DNA of 62,162 nucleotides, the filler included, from Choristocarpus tenellus KU-1152 (lineage: Eukaryota; Protista; Phaeophyceae): assembly GCA_964200185.2 (NCBI GenBank). It is 11 parts of 11 records of this genome, joined end to end, with 100 filler letters (N's around TTAATTAATTAA, not from the genome) between each part and the next. Parts side by side here need not be neighbours in the genome. Positions count along the whole stretch, not along the records: positions 3,248 to 17,061 come from CAXNAD020001360.1; positions 17,162 to 20,126 come from CAXNAD020023312.1; positions 20,227 to 30,147 come from CAXNAD020003281.1; 8 more parts are not named here. One strand, 5' to 3'. Positions 13,639-27,100 of this stretch are shown piece by piece; position 1 is the first letter of the stretch, and the number at the start of each line of letters is the position of its first letter. The notes under the pieces are model-generated. The model was not told where the DNA came from. It saw nothing but the letters and a program-made list of their open reading frames with translations, and did no database searches. Position numbers and translations under genes: made by a program.

Positions 13639-15138
13639 TCACATATCCAACAAGGTCTCTACTCTTCACGAGGAACTCAATGGTACTACCCCCACTCTGA
13701 TTCATCCTTTGGGAGATCGTTTGATCGAGTGTACACATCGTCACGTTTGGTAGTTAGTTGTGTTTTATATACTTACAAGGATGAAACACATCGATCATTA
13801 ATAAATATATAAATATGTAAACAAACATGTTCTGCTAATTGTATTGATATCAGTATTATTCAGGGCTAACGTGTTGCATGGCCTGCTACACGAAGGGCTG
13901 TGAATGCCGACAAAATGATGTTGGCAGATCATTATGAGATAACAAACACCTATAGGTGGATGGAAGTGGCTTGTGGTGGACCGTAGAAGATTATGCGGCC
14001 GACCGCCAGGTCTTGAGAGTGATCTATTGAACAGGAATTGTCCTGTGATTTTCTCACTTCGTAGTCCACAGCGTCTCTCCTGGAGAACCCTTAGTTGATC
14101 TTTCTTTCTTTTGGCGAAACGTGGTACTCCCTGCCCCTCGAGAGATAGAGCTTTACTCGCCTCAGGATGCTGACTTCACCTTGCTTGGGAGTTCGTTACC
14201 CCTTATTCTCCGTGTGTTGGGGGAGGAGGCGGTAGTCATACTACCGTATCACAAAGATAATACTGAACATGCGTTGTGTTGTGTACTTGCTTATAACGTT
14301 TTTATTCTAACACTCTGCTTTGGGTTGTTCCTATTTGACGGATTATCATTACTGAGTGAGGAGACACCTGATCACCATCCTGGTAACACTTCTTCACAAA
14401 ATTATGGATGCACATAGTAAGAACTCGGGAGTGTTACGTAGTAGGAGGAACGAGACTCCTGCAACTTTTCGAGTTAGATATTAAAAAAATCTAGACGCGG
14501 GGTCAAGGCAGAGAGCATGGAGTTGGTTTGAGGTTCAAACTCCTTGTGGAACCCAAAGTATGAGTAACAGAATGGCCAATTTGGAGCGACTACTTCAACT
14601 ACCCAAACTATTCTGGGGACATTCCAAAACTTGTAAAAAAACCCGCTACAGGCCTATTCATCGCCTAAACTATGTATCGAATGAAAAATGACATCCTAAC
14701 CCATTGATCAAAGTATTGTGGTATCCCCAACTCAAAACACAACATGCAATAGGGCACATAATGATCTGAATGAAGGTAGCGTTTCTATGTTGGTTGGATT
14801 TTGTTGTTTTTGTATGTATTCCATTGTTTTACTTTTTCATCACGTGAAACCTATTTTATTGGGATGGTGATATACACAGAGCTCGTAGAATATGTATTCT
14901 GATTGCTCAAACCGTTTAGGTTGGCGTTGAAGAACATCCCAAGGGGGAAAAGTTTGGATTGCTCGGAGTGTGCGCCGAGTACTTACTTCTGGGACGTTCT
15001 CTTGTGATCTTCACTACAATACTACAGGGCCAGAGTGACCAGCCTCGACAATGTCATTACTGCCATCTTTCACCATCATTTATCCCTTGTTCTCCAGCAA
15101 AATCTCCCCTTTTAACCCGCCCTCCATTGTATCCATCT

Positions 15139-15396
15139 GAGTCAAAGTACCCTAGAGGGTACAAATTTTGCCCTGTTTGTCCGTTTGGGGTTTGGCTTCC
15201 CACAGAGGTTTTATGACATTTTCCAACTCCGCAATGTTTCGGAGTAGGTAAAATGTAAACGTTATGAAAAGGTATGTCCGGAACAAGGATATTGACACTC
15301 CCTAACAAACACGATAGTCAAAATTACATCAAAATCACAACATAGGATTTTTGCTCCCAAATAGACGTGGCTCTAGCCTCTAAGATAGTTTGACTC
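15139..15396 (+). mobile_element. MITE family A (258 bp)
   Basis: TIRs GAGTCAAAGTACCCTAGAGG / CCTCTAAGATAGTTTGACTC; flanks atct/atcc; six further copies in the window. Confidence 0.9.
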
Positions 15397-15429
15397 ATCC
15401 TTCTCAGTATATCCCATTATGCAACTCAG

Positions 15430-15533
15430 AGCTCTGGGACAATCGTCGGGGTAAATCTGTCTTCCCGATATATTTTCCTGTCTTAGGGTCAAAAACGGAC
15501 GCCAGCACCCCCCCCCCCCAGATACTTTGACCC
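15430..15533 (+). mobile_element. MITE family B-like variant, one end only
   Basis: attttcctgtcttagggtcaaaaacggacgcc-polyC-AGATACTTTGACCC. Confidence 0.6.
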
Positions 15534-16400
15534 TTAGCACATCCGATGGTCTCCTTCTGGGCATGGGAAACCAGCTTGCCACAGTATGCTGGTCTCCATT
15601 CACCACCAATGCAATCCCGATTCTTGTCAAGCCATGCAACTGATGGCAAACAAAGCGATTCATCGATCATGCAGACGATAAGGGCAGCGTGCCCTTCCTC
15701 ATTAAGGGCCCTGAGTGCCCAACAAGGAACCTGCGAATATGTGCTTTCCTCTCCTCTGCTAGAGGTGGAATCTAGATTCACCCGCTCCTCCGCATTAAAT
15801 TTTGTTAGTGTGTCACCCAGAACCTTCAATGAGAGTTCCATCCCAAATTCTGTCTTTAGTCAAGCCAACAAGTCCTGATGGAAGACCACCTTATTCTTAA
15901 GGAGTACCGTGTGTAGATGTAGAATTATATATTGTCAGGCTGTGGTTTAACAAGCTTACACCTCCTATCTGAGTCCACTTGAATGCTCCCCCTCCCAACC
16001 CCAAGGTGCTCAAGATCTCCCTTTTCTCCTCTCAGGATATCATAATTTAGAAAACCTTTTCTCTTTCCACTCCTAATGTTTGGCAAACAGCCTCCATCAG
16101 CTCAGTTTATGATTGTCGATAACTTGTAGTGCATGATCAGCAACATATGTGACTGCCCCTCTGGAAGCACCTCTTCCCTGGATAACCTAACTTTCTCCAA
16201 CTTGCCTTCTGCATCAGCTTCCCTAACCTTTCGAGCATCGCTCATGGCGGCAACCTCCACTTGTTTCTTCATCACTACAGTCAGGCGGGCCCATCCCTGA
16301 TCTTTGCTCTCAGCCTCCCTCTTGTTTTGTGACATCCCTCATTTGCAGGCGCCTCTGAGCCCAGCCCTCTCGACCTCTTGCTTTTCTTATTCACAATCCA
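15534..16400 (-). mobile_element. Decayed intron-less coding-like tract, possibly gag-like ORF of a retroelement
   Basis: Purine-rich broken ORFs (16102-16335, 15404-15841) with charged coiled-coil composition and no clear splice structure; no diagnostic motif. Confidence 0.25.
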
Positions 16401-16970
16401 GGGCCTCCTTGCCTATGGAATCAATAAATTGAGATTGACTTTGAATCACAAAGATACGCCACAACAGATCCCTGTGTCTACTTCTACTGTTCTCCCTGAC
16501 AACCAAGTATAGTCTTTCCTAGTTTCTTCCTCGGTTTCCACAATTTCGCCAGGTCCTGGGGACTTGCTGAATGGAACCGAGTTATATGTAGACGCCATCA
16601 GCTGGATATTTCACAGCTTAGACAATGAAACACTTTGATTACACTATGTGAACATTTCGTGTTTACATTTTGCTAAACTTTACGTATATATGTTGGGTAT
16701 GGTTTGGTCCGGAGTGTTGGGGGCATAAATCATTAGTGATTTTGCATATGTTTTGGACTGGAGTATTATGGGCTTTACACAGTGTTGTATATATTTTCGC
16801 CTTCAGTGTTACGAGCAAAACATTGTGTTGCCCTTTTAACGAAACGTAAATACATGGTGTACTTATTGTTTTATTGTTATGCCCTCTAAGATTATGCAGA
16901 TGTGTCAGGGGAAAAACTAATGAAATGTAATGTTCTAATAATTTCGTTACAATGTGTATACCAATTTCTA

Positions 16971-17061
16971 ACAGAGGATTTTCAAAATTGGGGATGGAGC
17001 TACGAGGATGGTTGTTTTGCGAAAACGGTCTTAAAAAAGTACCCTGAGGTTTTTTTATGAG
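16971..17061 (+). mobile_element. Family C terminal repeat (TA|ACAG...)
   Basis: ta|acagaggattttcaaaattggggatggagc...gaggatgg, running into the contig end; reverse complement of 20227-20272. Confidence 0.75.
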
Positions 17062-17161
17062 NNNNNNNNNNNNNNNNNNNNNNNNNNNNNNNNNNNNNNN
17101 NNNNNTTAATTAATTAANNNNNNNNNNNNNNNNNNNNNNNNNNNNNNNNNNNNNNNNNNNN

Positions 17162-19650
17162 TACCTAACCGGTCTCTCTGTTCCTCTCCCTCACCCCTAC
17201 CCTCTGTTCTCTCTTACCCCCCCCTTGCGCTATCCTTCTCAACCAACCCCCCTTCTCGTGTAGCCCCGACAGACTCACCAGCCGCCAAAGAAAAAATCTC
17301 CCTGGGTGCACCACGTACGACATGTGAAACAATTTTCCAAGTATCACCCAAACATTTCGTACTCTGACTACTGACCTTGATTCAGACCACCCTTCTAGCA
17401 AACGCTTCAATCCCTGCAACTTCCCCTCTGGTAAAGCAATCGTCATTTGTTTATCTTCCAACCTACTACAACCTGCGTGGTATGCCATCCCGTCAGCTTT
17501 TTAGCTGACAAAATAGGGGGTTCCTCTACCTGTCTCTGCCCCAGCAATCTTATGTGGTCCGACATTAGTGAGTTTGTCGCCAACTTCAATCTCCTTCCAT
17601 CCTCAAACCATTGGGCCTCCACTAGAATACTGTCATCTACATACATCCTGGCAAAGAACTTGTCCTCTACTCCCCCCCCTACCACTTTGGGAACCTTCCA
17701 TGTTTCATCTAACTCATACGCCTCTCTTCCCCCTTCTTTTGCGAGTGGCTTACCCCTGTGGTCATTTCTCCTGCTTCCTTGAGTATGACTGCCGACTGGG
17801 GTTTTGTGTGACAATGGGAAACTTCTAACGCACTTGCCATTAGGTCCCACCACCCTGGGCTATTTTGGGGGAACACCAATGCCCTACCCTGAAGCACATC
17901 TGCTATAATCTTTTCTAAAAGGGCCTTACTATGATTCCCCACGCTCCTATGCTTGCTATAACCCAACCTCTCGTCCACCCCCCCCTCCCCGTTCACATCT
18001 ACCGGTACCCCTGATTGCACTACCTGCTGAAGTCTATCTGGGGGAATCCCACCTTCTTTCCAAAATGTCTATAAATCTCTTCCTACTTCAAATGTTGAGG
18101 GCTCCATCTCTCACCCAACGTACCTACTACTTCCCCCAAGTCCCCCTTGCACTTGTCAAGCAACACTTCTCTTTTCTTTGCTAAATTTCTCAACTCTGAC
18201 CCTGCTAACTTAAGTTCTTCTTCTCTTTTTAACCTCTCCCAAACCTCAAACCACTCATCAACTTCATTCCTTTTCCTTCCCCCCCCCTCTCTACCTTTGA
18301 TTGACCGGTGCAAAGGCCCTGGTCGCGGAATCCCTGTCGTCCACTGCGCATGTTGTGGTAGTACTGAACTCCACTGGTGCTGTCTCGCCGACCCATTCCC
18401 CCCGGGTGGGCCTGCACCCTCAGGGGTCCTTCTTGGTAGAGTCTGACTTGGCCTTGTCTCCCTTCCCCGCATCTCCCTCCCCTCTAAGAAATGATCGAAC
18501 TTGCAGAAACCATGCTTTTTAAGGAATTCACAATCCTTTCCCACCTGAAAAGCGTAACACGGCTTATATGGCCTCCCCTTGCCACTCGATGCTCCGTCCT
18601 TAGTCCTGTCATCTGGTCGTGGAGATTTGGACGACCTCTGTTCCCCCCACATTCCTTCCCTCTTCATCGACCTTGACCTCGACTCTGTACCATACAGGGT
18701 GGGTAGCACGTTCCTTGCCTGGCTCAGCATGACTTCCATACTCGTAAACGTGGGTGTCGGGGATGGTGGGATCCATATCTCGGGGGGTGGTGGGGCGTTA
18801 AATTTATTGCCAACAATGTCTGCTGCTCTCACAATTTCTTTCGCCCACACTTTTAGATCCTCCTCCACTGCTCGATATACCAAATCTACAATCCTTGGAT
18901 GTTCAAGTAGAGTGGGTTTGTTGGCCCCATAAAGGTTCGTACCTTATATCTTGCTCCTTCTAGTCCCCCCACCACCTTTTCCGTTCTTCTCCTTCCCAGC
19001 GTCCAGCCCTCTCCGTACTTGCATATTTCCCTTACTACCGCCACGAAGCAATCTAAGTTATCAGGTAGTTCATAGTCTCCTTTACTAGTCCTCCTCCCCA
19101 AATCTCCTTTGGGTATGAACTCCCTTATGTTGAAGTTGGCCATGTTCTCCAGTTGCTCCGCCACTGCATCAGAAATGCCCGCTTTATCGTCGACTATCTG
19201 TTGTAGTTCGTTCCTTGTAGCCTTGGCGTCGCCGTCAGATTGGCTACTTCTGTTGACAGCGACTGGAGCTTATTGGACTCGCTCGGTTCTTCCTCGATTT
19301 CTTGTCTTTTCCTTTCTCCTTCTCCCGTCGTCTCGTTCACGCCCTCGACGCTTATCTCCAGGTTTCTCCTAGCCCTCTCGATCTCCTCTCGCATCCTCTG
19401 CACTGAAAACTCTCCTCTCCTTTCCTCTTCTCTTGAATCCTTTTGATACCCCCATCCCTCGGGTGTCCTTCTTTCTGTCCCTCCCTTCTCTTTGTCTGTC
19501 TTCCCTCTGAATCCTTCCCACCCACGATGTCTTGTTTTCTTCCATCCCTCTCTCCCCTCTCTGTGCCATGCTCCCTCACATTGATCCGGGTTCTCTTTCC
19601 CTCTGTTTCTATCTCCCTTGCTGAGCCTCCGTAGTCTATACCACTTACTT
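17162..19650 (-). mobile_element. Decayed DIRS/tyrosine-recombinase-class retrotransposon (gag-like region with CCCH finger, then RT), frameshifted and internally deleted
   Basis: CYAFQVGKDCEFLKKHGFCKFDH; GVPV..HRSV..KIIADVLQGRALVFP; NSPGWW; FFARMYVDDSILVE (YxDD); IALPEGKLQGLKRLL..LGKLFHMSYVVHPGRFFLWRL (DIRS RT C-terminal region). Stop at 18083 and several frameshifts; no recombinase gene in the contig. Confidence 0.8.
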
Positions 19651-20026
19651 AGAAAGCTTGCTCGAAAGCTTGGTCAGGGGTCCTCTTGATCTAGCACCCC
19701 TCTCCTTGTCACCCCAGCCTCAGATTTCCTCTTCGATTCAATGCTGTCCATCCCTTTCTCCTCATGCCTCTGCCTGCCACTCGTTTTTTTAACCTACCAC
19801 TCACTCCTTAACTCTCCGTTCCTTCCTTGATAATTCTTATTTCTTTCCTGTCCCCTTCCTTACCCCGTGCCCCCAACCAACCAGAACTACTCCGCCCACA
19901 AAACTCAGATTACATAAACTTTCCCTTTCATGGGTTAGACATATCTGTAAAATATTAGAGCTCAAAATAAGATATAAAATATTGCATATATCGATGTTTA
20001 TTTCAGAATAGGACGTACAGTAGGTA

Positions 20027-20126
20027 CCCCGATTTTGTTCATCACCCATGGGCATGCCCGAAAAAAGCGGTACAGAATTGATGTGGAACAAAATCGTTTT
20101 GTAGTAATTAATCGTGGTGAGCTGGG
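20027..20126 (+). mobile_element. Family D element end (TA|CCCCGAT...)
   Basis: ccccgat..cacccatggg.atgcccgaaaaaagcggtacagaatt shared with 59016-59267; ends at a contig break. Confidence 0.75.
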
Positions 20127-20226
20127 NNNNNNNNNNNNNNNNNNNNNNNNNNNNNNNNNNNNNNNNNNNNTTAATTAATTAANNNNNNNNNNNNNNNNNN
20201 NNNNNNNNNNNNNNNNNNNNNNNNNN

Positions 20227-20272
20227 CCATCCTCGTAGTCCCGCTCCATCCCCAATTTTGAAAATCCTCTGT
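20227..20272 (-). mobile_element. Family C terminal repeat
   Basis: ccatcctc...gctccatccccaattttgaaaatcctctgt|ta. Confidence 0.75.
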
Positions 20273-21137
20273 TAAGAGTAAAAACTACCTTCAAATGCAA
20301 AACGGTCAAAACCTGGATACCTCTCGTTTAGTTTGACTCCAAGTCCATTGTATGAGCACTACAAGTAGTTTAACACAAAACTAGTGACCACCAAAAAGGT
20401 TGAGGATCTCTAATTTCAACAATGTCAGTAAACATCAGAGCATATATTTATGAAATCTCGGAGTTCTAGGTGGCAGTCACCGAAAAATTGGACAAAACAA
20501 GCAGTTGCTTTTGTGAGAGAGACCCAGGCTGTGGGAAGGTATGACTGTACAAAATGGAACGTTCACGGTAAAAGGTATACCCATAAAATCAAGAAAGTTT
20601 CGTTCACAGTCCCATAAACCATCCCACCGACCAAAATGGCCAAATATTTAAAGTAACCTCATGAGCAATGTGCTCTCATTCAAAAGCCCTCCTGGGAATT
20701 GTTCTTCCGTGTCAACCATCTTCCAGTAGAGGCGAGGAGGATTCTGTTCATCTGTGGCGACATTTGGACAGTATCCCTCTCACATACCATTCACCTCTAC
20801 AAATTAGTGAACACTCTCCCATATCAACATCGTTTTTCAGAGAGTGTACAGCTAGTTGAGATTCGAGATACTGTTCTCCAAAGTGTGTACCTAAGAGTGG
20901 TTCGGATATCGTGATCTCTTGTCCATTGTGACCATCTTCACAGCAGCTGTACCTCTTATCACAAATGTCGTTCATAAGGAACTACTTCAAGAACAAGAGG
21001 TGTTCCACAATGCACGTGGATGGCACATGCAATGCCAAGCAAGAGGCAAGTGCACAAGCTGGGAAGGTATTATGGACTACTCAAACTGTGCCAACCATTA
21101 CACAATCTAGGCAGCAAGTCACTTGGAGTGTAATGCT

Positions 21138-24100
21138 TCAGCTCGGAGCGGAAGGACTTGCACAACTGAGCTCCAGCTCTGCACCTATTTCCATTGGCTT
21201 GAACAAAAGAAACGTTTAGAATAGCATATGCAGCAAAAGCAGGTAGTTGGCGGAAAATAACTATTCAGTGGGGGACCCAGTGCATTTCATCATACTACAG
21301 GAGGAGTGAAGGGTGAAAATGGGTTAAGTTCAAGGCAAGGATACCTATCCACTGTTGTGAAATGCAGGGCATTCAATGTGAGGGGATATTTGCGAAGCCC
21401 AAGGTAGTTGCAACCCCCAGTGAGATATGTGGTGGTGTGGAGGGCAAACACCAAAAAACCATTACCACATCGTTTTTTGCTCAACGTACAATAGTGTACA
21501 GCAAGGCGCAGTATAGAGCAGGATAGTGGATAAGGTAATTTTTGGAGTATCTAGCTCAAAACAGGAGCGACTAATTTCCTGCGGACTCAACCTGTCCCTT
21601 GTCCCCTCCTCCCACCCATGGTCAATAAGAAATTATTACTCACCTGCCTATACCCCATCGCATTAACTTGCTGCGCAACAAACACCACTGTCTCTGCAAA
21701 CACTTTCAGGCCCTCAATGCGGTGCTTCCGGCCATACGCTCGACCCAACCATTGCCACTGTTCCCGCCTCTCCACTGCTTCGTTAGTCTTCTCCTTCTCC
21801 TGCCCAGACTTGGGGCTAAGCCAGAGATCCCAATGACAAGCTTTGCCTAGAACAAATCCTGTGTGCGACACCCCTGCCATCCCTGCCTCTCGTGCTGCTC
21901 CCACATGTTCCTCCTCCCCTGCTTCCTCTTCCTTCACTGCCCACTCCAATGTCAGGTTCACAACAGCAGAGGGAGCAGGTCCATCACCTCCATCATCTCC
22001 ACCCTCCGCCTCACGAACTTGCCATGTCCACTCCACATCAGTTGCTTGAAATGACGACACTTTCTCAAACGATTCTGAAGCGTTGCTTAGCCATGGCCCT
22101 ATACAAACCTCTCCCAGGCTGGCTTGGAATGCAGCCAGTGCAGCAGTCGTGCTATGTGTGTTACCTCTGGCCTTCACTCCAAGGATGTTCTTCATCGGTT
22201 TGGAACTGAAAGAGCCCATCATTTCTTGTCCCCCTTCTCGATTATTCTTGCATCTAACTCTGACTTCTTTGATAGATTGAGAACCCCCCATCCGAAGGTC
22301 ACGCAGGAGGTACTTGCGGGTGATCCATGGATAAAAATGTCTCCTCGAACAGTCTCTTGTGTCACTACAACTGCCACTAGCGTTGCCCACTTCCTGGACA
22401 GTATCAAAACTGGTTCTTCCAGCGGTTGCACTAGAATTAGCGGTGGTAGCAATGGTGGAGTTGGTGGCAATGGTGGCTGCTGTGGAGGCAAGGCCTACCC
22501 CATCATCTTCCATGGAAAATCCTTCAAGTAATGTCTTGCTCGTTGGAGAGGCTGTGCTGAGCTGGCGTCCAATCTCTTCGAAAGAGACTCCACTGACCCT
22601 AGGCTCTCTACGTGGGGAGCAATAGATATAGTTGTGGACAATAGTATCAGGGTTTGAGTCCAAAGAGAGTATAGTCTTGTCAGAAATAAATGATAACATA
22701 GACAACTCTTCCACACTAGTGTTCGATGTGTTGGCTTGAACTGTGCAAAAGTCTCACCGTGACTGCAGGGTTTGACGGGGTAGGATCGTTGAAGAAATGA
22801 AAAATCTTGTTCATTATAACTCCCACATACCTCACACGCTCAGACGGGCTTTCAATTGACGCGGTTCTTGCAGGGTAAGCATCCATCCCGGAAAGTACCC
22901 CAGGGTGCAGAGGGTGAACCACCTCCTCTACAGGGATATAAAATGATTCCTCTTCCTTCTGAATTATCCTCCGGCTGTACTTGTACCTCATCTGCACGCA
23001 CAGGGCCAACAAAGAATAGCTGGGAACAACAGCTCATTGGTCTAACATACACCTCACAACGGTCTGAAATAAATGTGTCCTAAGTCTAGATTACATGCTC
23101 CCAATGAAGCTGGATGATTGCATGAGAGTTCCCCTTAGCACTATGGCATTCAATTACTCGGTGCAATAACAAGATAACTCAGCATATGGCATGTCTACTA
23201 CCTAGTAGAAGTGTGCCTCCTGTCTCACATCACCTCACAGATAGGGGTGAATGTGAGGCATGCTTTGAACAATAAAAGAGACCAAGCAAGACTACACAGC
23301 CCTTTCTTAACACTAGAAAGTTAATTGCAGTGTCCTTCCAGGCAAAGCACGACTAATCACATTATCTTTCACCTTGTACTACCCTGTCCGTTGCTAAACT
23401 ACAAAAACACTGAAACCTTGATCGTGGTGACAAGACTTCGTCGCAACCAGACAAGATTGCGCAAGATTGAAAAGAGAAGGCAAAGCACAAGCGGTGGGAT
23501 CGCTGAACCCAATGAGTGAGAAAAAACCAATGCACGCACAGGGAAGTGCAACTAGTTGTCGTGTAACAGCTGTTTTGTAGTTAATCTCAATATTCCAGTG
23601 TATAGTGCCCCCGAGCATGGCTTGAGCTAGGTTCCTAATCCTGGACTCAAGATAAGATAGTAAAAACAATAGTATTGACAATTGCGACAGCAGGAAAGGA
23701 ATTGTCATGGACCTAACTCTAAACCGAAATTAGGACAATCATTTAGATTACAAAAAAAAGGCAAGCATATCATGGCCATTACTATTAGACACTGACCAAC
23801 AGGAAAACAGTCAAAAGCCAGCAACACTCATTTTGCCAATCCTAGCGTCAACATATTATTGTAAACAAACAAATAGGTACAAGGTACTTGTTGATTTCCA
23901 ACAAAGAATACATACTCACTGATCCCGGTGCGTTGGCGTCATAGTCACCCCAGTCCTGAAGCAGGATTGAGTGGCATTCTCCAACTCTCGGAAGGTCCAG
24001 CACAAGCTCCAGCTGAAGACAGCTGCTTAAGTTGCCCTTGAACGTCATACGCACTTCCAGCGCCTCGAGAGGCAAGAGAAGGTTGCACCTGGCCCAGACG

Positions 24101-27100
24101 AAACAGAACATAGGTATTTAGGAAGTAGTGTGCAGTAATGGCAGACCAGGAAATAAGGAGACCTTCGTGACTGGCGACAAGATTGAGTTCACATGAGAGG
24201 TTGGTTGCTGAGGCAGAGCAAGTGTATCTGATTGACTCAGTTCTACACCGTACCCCATTCTACAGTTGTATATTATTGTCTTCGCAACTTTGTCCCCCAC
24301 ACCTCAATCTTAGTATTTTCACTTAGTCTTGTCACTCAATACTACCAACTCTACAACTACTACCTAGTAGTATTAGGCTCAACATGGTCAAGGTGAGAGA
24401 GAGGAGGGCAGAATAGCAAAGGGAGAAATGATAAGGAAGTTTTGGGGTGGGAGTGCGCAATATGGGGGGATGGCAGGTATGTGCTCTTGAAGGGAAGAGG
24501 GAAAATAGAGCAAGTCTCCCAACCTCCTATCTTTTACTACTAAGTATATTTTCAAGTACATGGCATAATGTTTTTCAAGGTGGTTGACTATTGCTTGAAC
24601 AGAACTTCGACTTCAGAGCTGCCCCCCCAAAAATACACACATATATGCATATACCCTACCAACCCCTTAGAGTCCACAGAGGTGTCATCTTCTCGACTGT
24701 GACTCACTACTCTTACCTTCCACAACTACAAAACCATGTCGCACAAGGAAAAAAAACAAGATGAGAGGTTGGAGATGTGTGGGAGGGGTGGACAGAAGAG
24801 TGTAATGCTAAAAAGATATACAAGCATTGGCATTCTCAGGAGAGAAACCACGGAGTTTAATTCACTTCCCAGGAGGAGAAGTGTTGATCTCATCACAAAC
24901 AGCACCATTATAGGAAATATTGAGGAAATTGCCTTAGAATTGGACAATAATGGCGACTATCACACCTACTTTTTTTATAGTTTTTTTGGCAAGTGCATGG
25001 CAGAATGCATGTAAGGGGCACTGTCGACAACAGTGTAAGGTGCATCCATCACACAACCACCCCTTCCCCTCACCACGCCATTATCCCATAAAAAACGTTC
25101 CTCAAGCTGAACGGCATAAAATGGAATGTGCAATCACCTGTAACAGAGCAGGGAGGGATCATGGCACCTGCAAATATGCTAAGATGCTAACTTTTACCTA
25201 TTGGATCTATGTGTCCTATTTTCCCTTCCTCATCTAATCCTTTCCAACCTGTCTCACACCAACACAATTTTTCTATCATCTAGACAAGACCTTGATTTTT
25301 ACGATTTGCCTTCCTTCACTTTGATTCAGGGCCAGGCAATGACTGACCTGTACAGGGGGAAAGATGCGAACACTGCCTGACCAAGCACTCCAGTGAAGGA
25401 CAGACAAGAACCGCCATCAAAAGATTCAGAAAACTGGTACTGAGCCACCACGCTGGAGGTAATATTGCCATCTGTAGAGGTTCTACCACGTTTGTGTTTT
25501 TCCTGAGCTCAGAAAGCAGGAGACAAACGGGCAAGAACAGTCCCAACATCAGGGCACACCGAGGTGACACAGCAAATACTGAACAGGTAACCTAACATTC
25601 ACAAACTAATGCTACTGCGGTGAAATACACCGAGTGAGGGTTCAATACCTCCACAGGGTATAAAGTACACGCTTGTTCTTACAGGGGCGATTGACAACAA
25701 GTTCAACCTCTTCTGAGTAAACACCAAATTGGGCAAAAGTACTACAAATAGTACTGGGAGGGTATAGACTGACTGGTGTATGGAAAGTATTTAGAAGAAA
25801 AAACAGACCATGCCTTGAGGTATTATTGAAAGCACCTAGTGTGTATCACGCCCCCTACTACTAGTAGGAAGTCAAACATATCTTGTCAGAGGGTTCCAGA
25901 GTGCTTGGCACTCAATATCTGTCGATGTACTGAGTATATCAATACCTACTATACGTTCCAGGCCTTTTTCTAGACTACTACACTGGACTGTGAGAGAATA
26001 GTACCTAGTACGGACTACAAAGGGCAATCTAGGGTCAGAAACTATCTCACCTCTGTGTACAGAGAACTGTGGTACAGACAATGTTTCATGCAACATAGTG
26101 ACTGCCAAGAACGGATCAACCAGAGGTCAAAGAGAAAAAATGCAACAACAATGCCCACACATATTTGAGACACACTCGACTGCTCTGAAATTATGGCGTA
26201 TAACAATACAGAGTGCTAGAACTGCCCCCAAGTACTCTGGAGTATATATCGTACTGATGGGAGTATTGCACTGCAAACGCTCAAAAGTAGTGCATGCAAA
26301 ACAGTCTCAGCATGGATGACACTCCACTACTACAACAAAGTGTCACTGATCAGAGTATTCTTATTCAGGGTTTAGTTCAGCAGTACCCAGGAAACTGGGC
26401 ATAATAGACACTTGCATCGACAAAAACAAAAGATTTAAAAAATAAAAATAAAAATGATGGTATTACAGTACAAATAGAACCGTTGCATATACAAGGTATA
26501 CCCTCATGCATCAACAGATATCCTTGCATTCAAACCATCAATCGCAAATTCGACCAGGATTTAGTGCACTGCAGGCCATTGAGTATCATCACTACAGGGA
26601 GACTGGCCAACTAAGATAATGCTGCATTTTGGCTATCACACTGACGGTTTCTAAACTTTCAAGGTCCAAGTTTTGAAGGAAACACCCACATTCGGTCATG
26701 ACTGCTTCGAAAGTAGCAAGTCTGTATATGTTATGACCAACAGACCCAGAGTATCTGGGGAGGGGTGGGGTTCTACACCTGGATGTCCATGTGGGCCAAA
26801 ATCAGGAAGAGTGCATTTTCATTATCCATCCGACGTATGGAACCAATTCACCCAAAACTCTCAACATGAAAAAAACTGACCCCAAATGGACAGCCACCAC
26901 CCTCCCCCAGATACTTTGAGCCAACAATGTAAACTTGAAGAAACAAACGGGCAAAGTACCTAAGAGTGCCACCTACCAATTGAACACGCGTGCGCGCATA
27001 TATGTGTGTGTGTGTTTGTGTCAGCAATGAACCACAAATGTAGACAGTAGAAAAACGTGTTGGTGTGGAGAACACGCACAAAGTGTTTAACCCACCTTCT

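Noticed and set aside
14495-14560. tRNA or SINE suggested by GGTTCAAA (also near 51500)
   Set aside because: No cloverleaf stems or A-box spacing could be built.
16971-20272. Family C ends as the two TIRs of one composite element carrying the DIRS fragment
   Set aside because: The ends are separated by two artificial linkers, so contig order is unverified.
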